Shown piece after piece: positions 9,863-18,900 of a stretch of 64,000 nt of DNA. The translations under genes were made by a program, and so were the position numbers. The notes beneath the pieces were generated by a model that had not been told where the DNA came from, ran no database searches, and saw only the letters and a program-made list of their open reading frames with translations. Origin of the DNA: an uncultured virus (IMG/VR IMGVR_UViG_3300026116_000006) (Duplodnaviria > Heunggongvirae > Uroviricota > Caudoviricetes); IMG/VR virus record IMGVR_UViG_3300026116_000006. The stretch is one strand, 5' to 3'. Within the stretch, counting starts at the first letter, position 1. The number at the start of each line of letters is the position of its first letter.

Positions 9863-10185
9863 TTGGCCTCCATCTTGAAGGGTTCTCTCGGCCGCGCCGC
9901 GGCCCAGCGCTCGAGGCGCTCGAGACGCTGGACAAGGGCCACATGCGAATCGTTGCGCGGCTTGCGCACTTCGCCCACGAAATCACGCCGCAGCTTCTGG
10001 ACCGAGGTGAGCGACAAGGGATGGTTGGGAAATTTGGCGTTGATCTCATTCATGACGCGGGCGTCGCTCCACCCATCTTCATAGACGGCATGCCCGTCGA
10101 TCAGGATGCAGACATTTTTCAGGATCTCATTGGCAGCGACGATTTGCAGGGAACTGGGCACGGTGCGCTTGAACGGCTTTGACAT
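9859..10185 (-). CDS. hypothetical protein
   Basis: MSKPFKR start with GAGGAG RBS. Confidence 0.65.
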   Translation of the reverse strand: MSKPFKRTVPSSLQIVAANEILKNVCILIDGHAVYEDGWSDARVMNEINAKFPNHPLSLTSVQKLRRDFVGEVRKPRNDSHVALVQRLERLERWAAARPREPFKMEAK

Positions 10186-10210
10186 GAAAACGATCTCCTC
10201 GGTTTGGTGT

Positions 10211-10251
10211 AAAAAGAAAGGGCCCGCCGCCACACCCTAGCGACGGGCCCT
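10211..10251 (-). terminator. intrinsic terminator
   Basis: AGGGCCCG...CGGGCCCT stem followed on the minus strand by TTCTTTTT. Confidence 0.6.
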
Positions 10252-10273
10252 GATCCGAACCGCTACCCCTTTC

Positions 10274-11125
10274 TCAGGCGGCAGCGCCTACCACAGCAAG
10301 GCGGCGAGGCTTGACCTCCTCGGCCATCGCCGCCGCAGCCAGCCAGAGCTTGCGGTTCAGATCCACCTCGCTCGAGAGCGAAGTGATGCGCTTCAGCCGC
10401 CGGACCCTCCCAGCGCCCGACACACCGCGCATATCGCCGCGCATCAGGTTCTCCTGGGCGCGGTTGAACAGGTTCCACAGGCTGGGATCACGATCCTCCC
10501 AGCGATGGGTGTGAAGGTTCGCGACCACGCGCTCGGGACGGACGTCGAGCGAAGTGCCGCGGATCTCGAGCGCCTTCTGGCCGAAACGACGTGCCAGCTC
10601 GGGCGTCATCTCGATCGAGTGCCAGTATTCAGCGACACCGATCACGTTGTCGAAACTGTCCAGGATCTGGCCGACCTTGCCATGGACCTGATCGTAGAGA
10701 TTGACGCCGACATGGCGCAGCTTGGCGCTGTAGGCGGCGTCCTGGACATAGAGGCCGTTCATGCAGACCTTGCGCCGCATGCCGGCCTGGAAGATGAGCG
10801 GCGACGTGCGATCGTGGCTGTTGGTCAGGATCACCTCAGGGATTAGGTCGCCCAACGGCCGCGTGCGATCGCGGAACTTGTGGCTGTCGTCGGCGCGCTG
10901 GAAGCGCAGGACGTGTTGGGCGAATTCCTGGCCCTCAGGGTTGCGCTTGCGACCCTCGGCCGCCGAGACACACTCGAGGCCCATCTCGCGCAGCCGCGGC
11001 AGGATCGGGTAGGTCGGGATGTAGGCATAACGGGTCGACACGCCGGGTGCCGGGCGCTCAGCGAACACGCTCGGGACGATACGGCGGATCTGGTCGTCAG
11101 AGAACGGAAGATTGTCGAACGGCAT
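10274..11125 (-). CDS. DUF932/DUF945 family protein
   Basis: PSVFA...STRYAYIPT, PEVILTNSHDRTS, AGMRRKVCMNG, SLWNLFNRAQENL, VDLNRKLW. Confidence 0.85.
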   Translation of the reverse strand: MPFDNLPFSDDQIRRIVPSVFAERPAPGVSTRYAYIPTYPILPRLREMGLECVSAAEGRKRNPEGQEFAQHVLRFQRADDSHKFRDRTRPLGDLIPEVILTNSHDRTSPLIFQAGMRRKVCMNGLYVQDAAYSAKLRHVGVNLYDQVHGKVGQILDSFDNVIGVAEYWHSIEMTPELARRFGQKALEIRGTSLDVRPERVVANLHTHRWEDRDPSLWNLFNRAQENLMRGDMRGVSGAGRVRRLKRITSLSSEVDLNRKLWLAAAAMAEEVKPRRLAVVGAAA

Positions 11126-11178
11126 TTTTAAGCTCCTGTGGTAGGCGTCATTAGCGACGCAGGATTATAGTGGCACAC

Positions 11179-11445
11179 CTATCTCTTCGGGTCAACCCCT
11201 CTCGGGATCACCATCTTAGGCACGTTGCCGGCGATGAAATCCTCGCGGCTGACCGGCGCGCCTTCGGGCTCGATCAGCACCAGGGAGCGGTTGCCGCACT
11301 CGACCCGGATCTTGGCGCCGCCCATCGGACGCGACGTCATCAGGAAGCCGGCGATGATCTTAGCGAGGTCGTTTTCGTCCTCGGCTACGGTCGACATCAT
11401 GGGGTGGTGGTCTTTTGTCGGGTGCCATCGCAGGAGATACTTCAT
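11179..11445 (-). CDS. hypothetical protein
   Basis: MKYLLRWHP... with GAGGA upstream. Confidence 0.45.
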   Translation of the reverse strand: MKYLLRWHPTKDHHPMMSTVAEDENDLAKIIAGFLMTSRPMGGAKIRVECGNRSLVLIEPEGAPVSREDFIAGNVPKMVIPRGVDPKR

Positions 11446-11924
11446 CGGGATCCTCGTCTTGGATGAACAGGGTAGCGCCACCAGGGCTGCGGATCGTAAT
11501 CGAGGTGAAACCGTAGCGGCCACGCTGGCGCACGATCGCCGTCAGATACTCGACCAGCTTCTCGGCCGTAAAGGTGTCACGACCGATTACGGGCGGGTGC
11601 GGCGGCTCCCGCATGGTCACGCGATACTTTGGCATCGCCCAGGACTATCGCCGCCGTAGGCGTTCGCGGCTTACCGCCTCATCGATCAGCCGAAGGGTCT
11701 TCTGGTCGCGCTCCATCTCGCGCCGGGCCTCGGCCCGGTTCACGCCCGCCTCCCAGATCCAGTAGAGGATGAGGAAGATGATGATGCCGCCAAATCCAAG
11801 ATGCATGACACTCTCCTATGGTCATCAGTCGATGGGCCCCACCGTGGGGCACGACAGGGCCCATCTCAGATGATCGTCGACGGCAGACCGCGGGGGCAGT
11901 GATTGCGCCGACGAACACCCTAGC

Positions 11925-12260
11925 TCATGCCGCGTAGTGCGTGACCTTGCGGGCGAAGATTTGCACCTTGCGCACCACCGACGTGATCGTGTGGGCGCGG
12001 ATGAACTGCGGCGTCAGCTTGGCGCGCACTGCATCCATGTCGAGCCGGTCCTGATCGAAGATGCTGACCGTCGCGTCGTAGCGCGTGCCGGCATGGCGAC
12101 CGGCGCCGCCCTTCACGATGATCGCCGCCTTCAGCTCGCCGATCCGGGCGATCAGAGGTGCGGCCTGCGCGTCGATATCGCCCAGCCGGTCGATCAGGCC
12201 CGTCAGCGTGTTGTCCTTCACCAGCGCAGCGACAGCTGCAGCATCAACCTTGTTAGACAT
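11925..12260 (-). CDS. hypothetical protein
   Basis: Start follows the CCTACCACAGGAG leader and conserved promoter. Confidence 0.7.
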   Translation of the reverse strand: MSNKVDAAAVAALVKDNTLTGLIDRLGDIDAQAAPLIARIGELKAAIIVKGGAGRHAGTRYDATVSIFDQDRLDMDAVRAKLTPQFIRAHTITSVVRKVQIFARKVTHYAA

Positions 12261-12309
12261 CGAAAGCTCCTGTGGTAGGTGGTAGGTAACGTCAACATGG
12301 TGTCTTAGT

Positions 12310-12325
12310 GGCACACCTATGTCAA
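12310..12325 (-). promoter_or_regulatory. conserved early promoter/operator TTGACA-TAGGTGTGCC
   Basis: Identical 16-mer also at 13308 and 14991; variants elsewhere. Confidence 0.75.
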
Positions 12326-12330
12326 GCCCC

Positions 12331-13269
12331 CTAAAAGGGGGCTTGCTCGACCGGGACACGGATCCCGCCGGAGGTGAAGCCGACCCGGTCGGCGCAGACC
12401 GGTCCGATGCCTTCCTCGATCGACTGCTTGTTGGTCAGCTCGCGACCGCACACGCAGCAGCTGCCGGTCAGGTTGCCATAGACCTTGGCGGCAGCGGCAG
12501 GGTCCGAGGCGATCAGGATGATCTTGGCCTGCTGTTCGGGCGTGCAGATCCGGGAGGCCAGGAACCGGCCGTCCTGGATCTTGCCCAGGTAGGCGGCATC
12601 GCGGGTGCCGGTCTTCACGTAGAGCACGCCAGGGTGCTTCTTGGCCTCCTGGATGACGATCCCGTCGAACCGCAGGCTGACCCAGATCAGGCCCGATTTC
12701 TTGCCCCTCTGGACCGCTTCGACGATCCGGGAGGCATCCACCACCGGGGCGGCGGCCTGCCGTTCCTGGGCCTTCTGGGCGCGCCTGGAGGCATATTCCT
12801 CGTCGCGGGCCATGCCGCGCTGGATGACGCCCAGCTGGCCCTCGGTCAGCTCGCGCCCGGCCTCGAGCTTGTCCTGGAAGTCGCGCAGCATCTTGGCGTA
12901 GCCCTCAGGCAGACCCGGGGAGGCCAGTTTCTGGCCCAACCAAGCCCGTTCGGCCTTGTAGGTGTCCCGAACCTCAGCCTTGACCTCCTGGGCCCGCTGG
13001 CGGGCCTGGGCGCGCTTCTCGGGGCTGGTCTTGAAGGTGAGCTTGCCCTTGCCCTGGCAGGTGAAGCAGCGGCCGACCGAGCGGCCGGACCATGCGCGGA
13101 AGGCGCCCGTGCCGCCGCATTTGGGGCAGCTCTCGGTGAACTCGGGGACGGTCTCGCGGATCCGGGCGAATTCGGCCGCCTGGGGCAGCTCGCGCCGGGG
13201 GAAGGGGACGACGGTCTCGCCGTCCAGCAGGTCGGACAGGTCGTCGTTGAGGTCGAAAGGCTTGTTCAT
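12331..13269 (-). CDS. DUF6011-domain, Zn-finger protein
   Basis: CPKCGGTG/CFTCQGKG repeats and C-terminal CCVCGRELTNKQSIEEGIGPVCA. Confidence 0.8.
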   Translation of the reverse strand: MNKPFDLNDDLSDLLDGETVVPFPRRELPQAAEFARIRETVPEFTESCPKCGGTGAFRAWSGRSVGRCFTCQGKGKLTFKTSPEKRAQARQRAQEVKAEVRDTYKAERAWLGQKLASPGLPEGYAKMLRDFQDKLEAGRELTEGQLGVIQRGMARDEEYASRRAQKAQERQAAAPVVDASRIVEAVQRGKKSGLIWVSLRFDGIVIQEAKKHPGVLYVKTGTRDAAYLGKIQDGRFLASRICTPEQQAKIILIASDPAAAAKVYGNLTGSCCVCGRELTNKQSIEEGIGPVCADRVGFTSGGIRVPVEQAPF

Positions 13270-13307
13270 CAGAGGCTCCGTGGTAGGAACCGAAATCGTG
13301 CCATAGA

Positions 13308-13323
13308 GGCACACCTATGTCAA
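13308..13323 (-). promoter_or_regulatory. conserved early promoter/operator
   Basis: TTGACATAGGTGTGCC, 17-nt spacer to CACGAT. Confidence 0.75.
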
Positions 13324-13557
13324 CCTCTGATCGCATCCATCAGGAGCACGGTGGTCGAGATTAGCATCAGCATGGCCCAGAAGGCAGGCTCGGCGCCGGC
13401 CCGGCGCTCGACCCAGCGGAAGGCGAGCACGCCGCAGCCCAGCAGGGCTGCGGCCAAAGGCAAGGACTCGAGAGGTGTCATGTTCAGACTAGCTTCAGGA
13501 TCAGGAACCAGAGCCCGACCGAGAGGGTCAGGATGACAAGAAGGCGCGCGGGCATGC

Positions 13558-13896
13558 TCATGACTTCTCCTTGATGCCATAGAACGCAGTCCACAGCTTC
13601 TCACGTTCGCCATAGGGTGTGCTGAAGTCATACATCTGTGGCGCCTCGTCGACCTCGGGCTGCGTCCGGGTGAGCGCAATGACCAGCTTGTCAGCCTCCT
13701 CGGGTGAGAGCCTGAAGGTGCCATGGCGACGCATCGTGCGACGCGGGCCGCGCGAGACGATCTCGATCTCGATCTGGACGTGCTCGGCGCCGCCCTTGGG
13801 CTTGACGCGGCGCACGTTCATCGACGTTTTGCCGCCATCATGGTCGACGTTGGCGAAGTTGGGGATCGAGCCGAGATAGAGCGAGATCTGGGTCAT
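13558..13896 (-). CDS. hypothetical protein
   Basis: 112-aa coupled ORF. Confidence 0.6.
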   Translation of the reverse strand: MTQISLYLGSIPNFANVDHDGGKTSMNVRRVKPKGGAEHVQIEIEIVSRGPRRTMRRHGTFRLSPEEADKLVIALTRTQPEVDEAPQMYDFSTPYGEREKLWTAFYGIKEKS

Positions 13897-14126
13897 AGCA
13901 TCCTCTTCATCAGGAACAGGGTGTCGATCACGACGTTGCGCATGTCGTCGAGGTCCTTGGCGCGCTCGGCATACTCCGCCAGGACGTCGATCGCATTCTC
14001 ACGCTGCAGCTTGCGGATGGCATTGGCTGCGGTGTGTAGACCGACTTCATGAGCTGCCTTGTAAGTCTCGATGCTCTGCAGCGAGATCTCGTCGGGGTCC
14101 ATGAGCAGGGTGAAGGGCGAAGTCAT
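13893..14126 (-). CDS. hypothetical protein
   Basis: MTSPFTLL with GGAGGA RBS. Confidence 0.55.
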   Translation of the reverse strand: MTSPFTLLMDPDEISLQSIETYKAAHEVGLHTAANAIRKLQRENAIDVLAEYAERAKDLDDMRNVVIDTLFLMKRML

Positions 14127-14278
14127 AGCAGGTGGTCCTCCCACATCGGCGGCTTCTCAGCCGAGTATTCAGTGATCCTCCAGCCGCCGCCCAGCGCCCG
14201 TGCGCTGCAGAAGATCAGCCAGAACATGACGAGGATGAGCGCAGCCGCGATCACCCCAAGGATGGTGAAGAACATCGG

Positions 14279-14506
14279 TTATCTCCCCTCAAGAATGAAC
14301 TCGAGCTTTTTGCTCAGCTCATCGATCGACTTGGCCCGCACCCGCCAAGCCAGCGACAGCGCCATGAACTCGTTGTCCATGACGCCGTCGTTGGTCATAT
14401 GATTGCCCAGCACCTTGATGCCGGGGATGAGACCGCCGGTCGCGGTATCGAGCACGTCGTAGTATTTCAACGAGGCGTTGGCCGGGAAGCGAAAGCGGTT
14501 TGCCAT
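14279..14506 (-). CDS. hypothetical protein
   Basis: MANRFRF coupled to the upstream stop. Confidence 0.5.
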   Translation of the reverse strand: MANRFRFPANASLKYYDVLDTATGGLIPGIKVLGNHMTNDGVMDNEFMALSLAWRVRAKSIDELSKKLEFILEGR

Positions 14507-14952
14507 CACTTCACCTGTGCTTCGAAGATGCGCGAGCCCGGATGTTGAGCGGCGAGTTTCAAGGCGAGGTCCTTGCGGCCACACCAGCCGACCGACCCCC
14601 AAGTATCGAAGTCAGTGCGCGCGCGATAATTCTCGCGAGCCTTCGCTTCGATGTGCCGACGGTAGTCATCGTTGGTAGGATGCTCGACCAGGAAGGCCGC
14701 GCCCTGGCGCTGCCACGCATCCTTGAGGTCCTGATACTGGGTGGCGACGTCGAAGAGGCCGCGGCTGGCGCGCTCTTGCGATGCCCAGTAGGCCGCATGT
14801 GCGCGCCAGTAGCGCGCGACAGCAGCATCTTCATCAGCCTGCGATGCCGCAGGCGTGTAGATCAGGACGCAATGGGTATAGACGCGGGGCGACTTGCGAG
14901 TGTGCTCGCGGCCCTGCGGATCGATGACGAAATATTTGACAGGCTTTGACAT
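14506..14952 (-). CDS. hypothetical protein
   Basis: MSKPVKYF after the CCTACCACGGAG leader. Confidence 0.7.
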   Translation of the reverse strand: MSKPVKYFVIDPQGREHTRKSPRVYTHCVLIYTPAASQADEDAAVARYWRAHAAYWASQERASRGLFDVATQYQDLKDAWQRQGAAFLVEHPTNDDYRRHIEAKARENYRARTDFDTWGSVGWCGRKDLALKLAAQHPGSRIFEAQVK

Positions 14953-14990
14953 CAGGTGCTCCGTGGTAGGAGCCCTCAAGCTCTCATAGA

Positions 14991-15006
14991 GGCACACCTA
15001 TGTCAA
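14991..15006 (-). promoter_or_regulatory. conserved early promoter/operator
   Basis: TTGACATAGGTGTGCC, directly after a terminator-like hairpin (15011-15039). Confidence 0.75.
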
Positions 15007-15042
15007 GCATGAAAAAGGCCCGGTTTCCCAGGCCTTTCCATC

Positions 15043-15300
15043 TTAGAGGGTGCTTTGCAGAGGGGCGAAGGCATCGGCCATCTGGGCCTTCAGGTCCTTC
15101 TTGCTCATCCGCCTGAACCGCTCGGCCCTGGGGTTGAGCTTGGCATCGGTGGTCTTGACGTGGCTCACCTTGACGGGGAAGCCCAGGGCCTCGGTCAGGA
15201 TCTGGCTGACCTCCTTCAGGAAGGTCCGTTCCTTCTGCTTGATCTCTTTTATCGTGCGCTCTGCCAGGATGGCAGCGCGACTTCTCTTGCGACGTCTCAT
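15043..15300 (-). CDS. hypothetical basic protein
   Basis: MRRRKRS with AGGAG RBS and TAGGTGTGCT site upstream. Confidence 0.55.
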   Translation of the reverse strand: MRRRKRSRAAILAERTIKEIKQKERTFLKEVSQILTEALGFPVKVSHVKTTDAKLNPRAERFRRMSKKDLKAQMADAFAPLQSTL

Positions 15301-15393
15301 GATGTCTCCTACGTGGTAGACGCTCGATCGAGCGTCGAACATAGTAGCACACCTATCTTGAAAAGTCAAATCATCGCAATTTTGCTATACAAC

Positions 15394-15621
15394 TCATGAG
15401 CGTGTTTTCGTCTCATCCGCCATCTCTTTCGCTGCGCCTAAAACTCTCATCGCCATTTCTTCATAGGGATAGTCCATCTTTGTGCAGACGGTCAGCATTG
15501 CCGAACACAATGCTGCGAGAACAATCTCAGTAGGAAGCTTATCGACTTTGCAGGCCGTGAAAACACGATCGGTTAAATCTGCGGTAAGACGATCTAGAAG
15601 AATCTGGTCTATTGCATCCAT
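15394..15621 (-). CDS. hypothetical protein
   Basis: MDAIDQI, GAGGAG RBS; lower GC. Confidence 0.55.
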   Translation of the reverse strand: MDAIDQILLDRLTADLTDRVFTACKVDKLPTEIVLAALCSAMLTVCTKMDYPYEEMAMRVLGAAKEMADETKTRS

Positions 15622-15623
15622 TT

Positions 15624-16976
15624 CTATCTCCTCAAAGCATTCCACAACCCTTGTTCGACGATCGTCTTCTCGCCCAAGCGATCGTACACCGTGGTATCGA
15701 TCGTATGGCGGGCCACGATCATGTAAGCCCGAACTGCTTTTTCAACCTGTCCGCGGCGCGTAAGACGTCCCATGAGTTGATCAAACAATTCGAGATCATC
15801 ATGGGGTTGCCACCAAGCGATGCTGCTACCACCGAGGTCGAGATCATTAAGTCCATGTCCTGCCGAAGCTGGATGCATGCCGAGCAGCGGCACTTCCTTT
15901 TGTGACCACGCACGGATAGTTTCTTCGTCTTCCTTGGCATTGGTATCTCCTCCGATGAAGCGCATGCGCGGCCAACGCTTCTTCATCATCGCCTTCTGCT
16001 CGCGAAATTCGTAGGCGATGATCAGAGGCTTGCCGTTCATCTCGTCGACAAGATCGGCCAGACATTCCAGGCGCCAATCGCCGAGGCGCACCGCATCGCC
16101 GTCCTTGTCATACGCGAAGCCCGATGCGATCTGGCGAAGCTTGTTGCGCGCGACGCCATTGTTTGCCGCCACGATCCCCTCATCCGACAGCATGAGCGTC
16201 TTGCGCATCTCATTGTATTTTTCCCTGAGGTCGGCCGGCAGGTCGACCTCGATCGGCACCTTCATCACCTTCGGCAGGTCGACCGCGCCGTCATCGATCA
16301 CGTAGGTCCAGGGTTTGATCAGCTCGGCCAGCTCGCCTTTGGTGTGCCTGAACGGGATCCAGTCATAGCGGTTATAGTCGATCGGGTAGAAATATTTCTT
16401 GCGCCACGTATCGAAGTTGCGACCCACGAGATGTCCAAGACCAAGCGCATGGCACATGCCATATAGGCTAGTGAGACCATTGGGTGCTGGGGTGCCAGTA
16501 CCACCAGAGCGGACAGTAAAAGGAGCCTCGCGAAGCGTCTTGCTCCAGAAGCCGGTCGGGTCGCGGTACTTCGACAGCTCATCGATAACCAAGCCGTCGC
16601 AGCCATCACCGCCATACTCGAGCACAGCGGGAACAAGAGCATTGTTGACGAGGAGGACATCAGTCCTGGCCTTGACCTCTTCGGCGCGCCGCGCCGGGCT
16701 GAGATCGCCCGTACAGCAGGCGAACGTCAGCGGGATCTGCCATTTGATAGCTTCTTGGCGCCACACGTTTTGAATGACGCGCAGCGGCGCCGTCACCATC
16801 GCGCGCTTGATCACGCCTTCCTCGATCCAGTCCTGGATGGTCTTCAGCCAGATCCAGGTCTTGCCGCTGCCCACGTCCGCCAGCAGCATTGAGCTGTCGC
16901 GCTCGTAGCAGAATCCTGCGGCTTCCTGCTGGAAGACGGCTGGTGTGAGCGAGGAAGAGGTCAATAAAGGCGTCAT
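15624..16976 (-). CDS. SNF2-related helicase
   Basis: DVGSGKT, LVIDELS, TGTPAPNG, KLRQIASGF, HPASAGHGLN, QLMGRLTRRGQ; start uncertain. Confidence 0.9.
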   Translation of the reverse strand: MTPLLTSSSLTPAVFQQEAAGFCYERDSSMLLADVGSGKTWIWLKTIQDWIEEGVIKRAMVTAPLRVIQNVWRQEAIKWQIPLTFACCTGDLSPARRAEEVKARTDVLLVNNALVPAVLEYGGDGCDGLVIDELSKYRDPTGFWSKTLREAPFTVRSGGTGTPAPNGLTSLYGMCHALGLGHLVGRNFDTWRKKYFYPIDYNRYDWIPFRHTKGELAELIKPWTYVIDDGAVDLPKVMKVPIEVDLPADLREKYNEMRKTLMLSDEGIVAANNGVARNKLRQIASGFAYDKDGDAVRLGDWRLECLADLVDEMNGKPLIIAYEFREQKAMMKKRWPRMRFIGGDTNAKEDEETIRAWSQKEVPLLGMHPASAGHGLNDLDLGGSSIAWWQPHDDLELFDQLMGRLTRRGQVEKAVRAYMIVARHTIDTTVYDRLGEKTIVEQGLWNALRR

Positions 16977-17214
16977 AGGTCCAGACGACGGCGACTTCAA
17001 AACCGTTCTCCTCCAGCCACAGATTCCATTCGGCCTGCTTTCGACTGAGCCGCCCGGTGCCGTATTTGAACTCGATCAGCGTGATAGGCCAACCATGCAA
17101 GAGCATCAGGCGATCAGGTACGCCGGTATTCCCCGGCGACACCCATTTCGGCATTCGGCCGCCCAGTTGCTCTACCAGGAGGCGGCAGCGCCGTTCGAGA
17201 TCCTTCTCAGCCAT
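16660..17214 (-). CDS. VRR-NUC nuclease with long C-terminal extension overlapping the helicase
   Basis: EKDLE...KWVSPGNTGVPDRL...IEFK...GRLSRKQ. Confidence 0.85.
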   Translation of the reverse strand: MAEKDLERRCRLLVEQLGGRMPKWVSPGNTGVPDRLMLLHGWPITLIEFKYGTGRLSRKQAEWNLWLEENGFEVAVVWTYDAFIDLFLAHTSRLPAGSRRILLRARQLNAAGGRGQRQDLDLAEDHPGLDRGRRDQARDGDGAAARHSKRVAPRSYQMADPADVRLLYGRSQPGAARRRGQGQD

Positions 17215-17276
17215 TGACTTATCCGTAGGTGTGCCGTTATCTGGTCACCTTCCCTCACCCTGTTCGAGAGGTCAAG

Positions 17277-17507
17277 ATGACAGTTGAAGGCGTAACGAGG
17301 CGGAGGCTGGCAAAGACCGGCGATCTCGTGCGGATCCACACCCATATGCATCCAGACTGGGCCCACAATGTCGACCGGGCAGCCAGGAAGGAGGGGGTGT
17401 CACGATCGCACTTCATCGCCACAGCCGCCCGCGAGAAAGCAGACAAAATCCTGGGACGCAAACCGCGCGCGACAAAAAAGAAAAACGGCGTCTCGGCCAC
17501 AGTTTAA
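17277..17507 (+). CDS. ribbon-helix-helix (CopG-like) regulator
   Basis: VRIHTHMHPDWAHNVDRAARKEGVSRSHFIATAA; first gene of the divergent arm. Confidence 0.7.
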   Translation: MTVEGVTRRRLAKTGDLVRIHTHMHPDWAHNVDRAARKEGVSRSHFIATAAREKADKILGRKPRATKKKNGVSATV

Positions 17508-17531
17508 CCGCCACCTGGGATGGGGAGATCA

Positions 17532-18146
17532 ATGGCGGAAGCATATCCACTGGAATGGCCACATGGCTGGCCGCGGTCGAAATACAGGAAGTCAGGCCGC
17601 GCCTTCAAGAATTTGACGCCTGACCGGGCGTTTCGAGGTTTGACCGATGAACTGACGCGCCTGGGCGCGCGCGACGTCGTTCTCAGCACCAACCTCAAGC
17701 CCAGGCTCTACGCCGGCCCGGCCGGCGATCCGCGGCAAGATCCGGGCGTCGCGATCTACTTCACCCTCAACGGCCGCCAGATGACGATGGCGCAGGATGC
17801 CTATGACAGCGTCTACGCCAACGCGCGCAGCCTGACGCTTGCGATCGATGCCATGCGCGCGATCGAGCGTCATGGCGGCGGCACCATGATGCAGCGCGCC
17901 TTCTCGGGCTTCCAGGCGCTGCCGCCGCCCGGCGGACATGCCGAGTACCAGAAGAAGCCATGGCGCACTGTTTTCAAAATGGTGGTCGCCGATGGCCTGC
18001 CGAAGGACATGCAGCTCGCGATCGCTGAAGCGACATATAAGAAGATGGCGCGCGACGCGCACCCCGACAGCCCAGGCGGCGATCCGCAGCTGATGGCTGA
18101 ACTCAACGTCGCGATCGACGACGCGCGGCAGGAGCTGAAGGACTAG
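17532..18146 (+). CDS. phage J-domain protein
   Basis: AYPLEWPHGWPR N-terminus, DPGVAIYF, C-terminal YKKMARDAHPD..GG...MAELN. Confidence 0.85.
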   Translation: MAEAYPLEWPHGWPRSKYRKSGRAFKNLTPDRAFRGLTDELTRLGARDVVLSTNLKPRLYAGPAGDPRQDPGVAIYFTLNGRQMTMAQDAYDSVYANARSLTLAIDAMRAIERHGGGTMMQRAFSGFQALPPPGGHAEYQKKPWRTVFKMVVADGLPKDMQLAIAEATYKKMARDAHPDSPGGDPQLMAELNVAIDDARQELKD

Positions 18147-18150
18147 CCAA

Positions 18151-18714
18151 ATGAGTGAGCACTCACGACTGACTGATGATCGTATTGACGAAATCGTTGG
18201 CAGAGATGGAGCTGGCGCGCGCACCGACGAAACGTTGTACTTGGCACGCGAGCTACAAGAGCGCCGCGCCTCTGCTCTCCCCGCTGTGGGGGATGTGGAG
18301 AGGGCTGCTAAGGCGATGTACGCCACGGAAGGCCGTCTCGGATCGTGGGATGAAATCAAGGCCGTTTGGCCCGAAGAATATGAGCGCTGGATCACCCTAG
18401 CAAAGGCAGCCGTCGCTGCGTATTCGCCCGGATCGGAAAGTGTTGAGAGGATGCGCGATATGACAAAGCTCAATTTCGGTCAGGCCATGGTGGCGCTGCG
18501 CGATGGCCAGTGTGTTTGCCGTGAAGGCTGGAACGGCAAGAACATGTGGATCTCTTTCGTCAGAGCCGATAATTGGTCAGTAGGGTTTCCGCTCAGTAAT
18601 TATGAACAACTTCCTTGGATCGTCATGCGCACGGCCGATCGAAAAATCGTGCCCTGGCTTGCCAGCCAGACCGACATCGTGGCTGAAGATTGGATGATTG
18701 CGAGACCGACATGA
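18151..18714 (+). CDS. DUF2829/Tad2-like domain protein
   Basis: NFGQAMVALRDG...REGWNGKNMWI...PWLASQTDIVAEDW. Confidence 0.8.
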   Translation: MSEHSRLTDDRIDEIVGRDGAGARTDETLYLARELQERRASALPAVGDVERAAKAMYATEGRLGSWDEIKAVWPEEYERWITLAKAAVAAYSPGSESVERMRDMTKLNFGQAMVALRDGQCVCREGWNGKNMWISFVRADNWSVGFPLSNYEQLPWIVMRTADRKIVPWLASQTDIVAEDWMIARPT

Positions 18715-18900
18715 TCGGTGGCGTCGACGTCGACGGCCTCATCACCGCCATCGCAGTGCTGTGCTTCATCGGCGCCTGCATGACCTCGAGCCGGAGATGA
18801 CCCGATGTGGGAGGACGTCGTCGCGCTATCTGCGTTGATGATCCTCGTGCTGATGGTGCAAGGTGTCCTCTATGGTCTTTGACCAGAAGGGGACACATCC

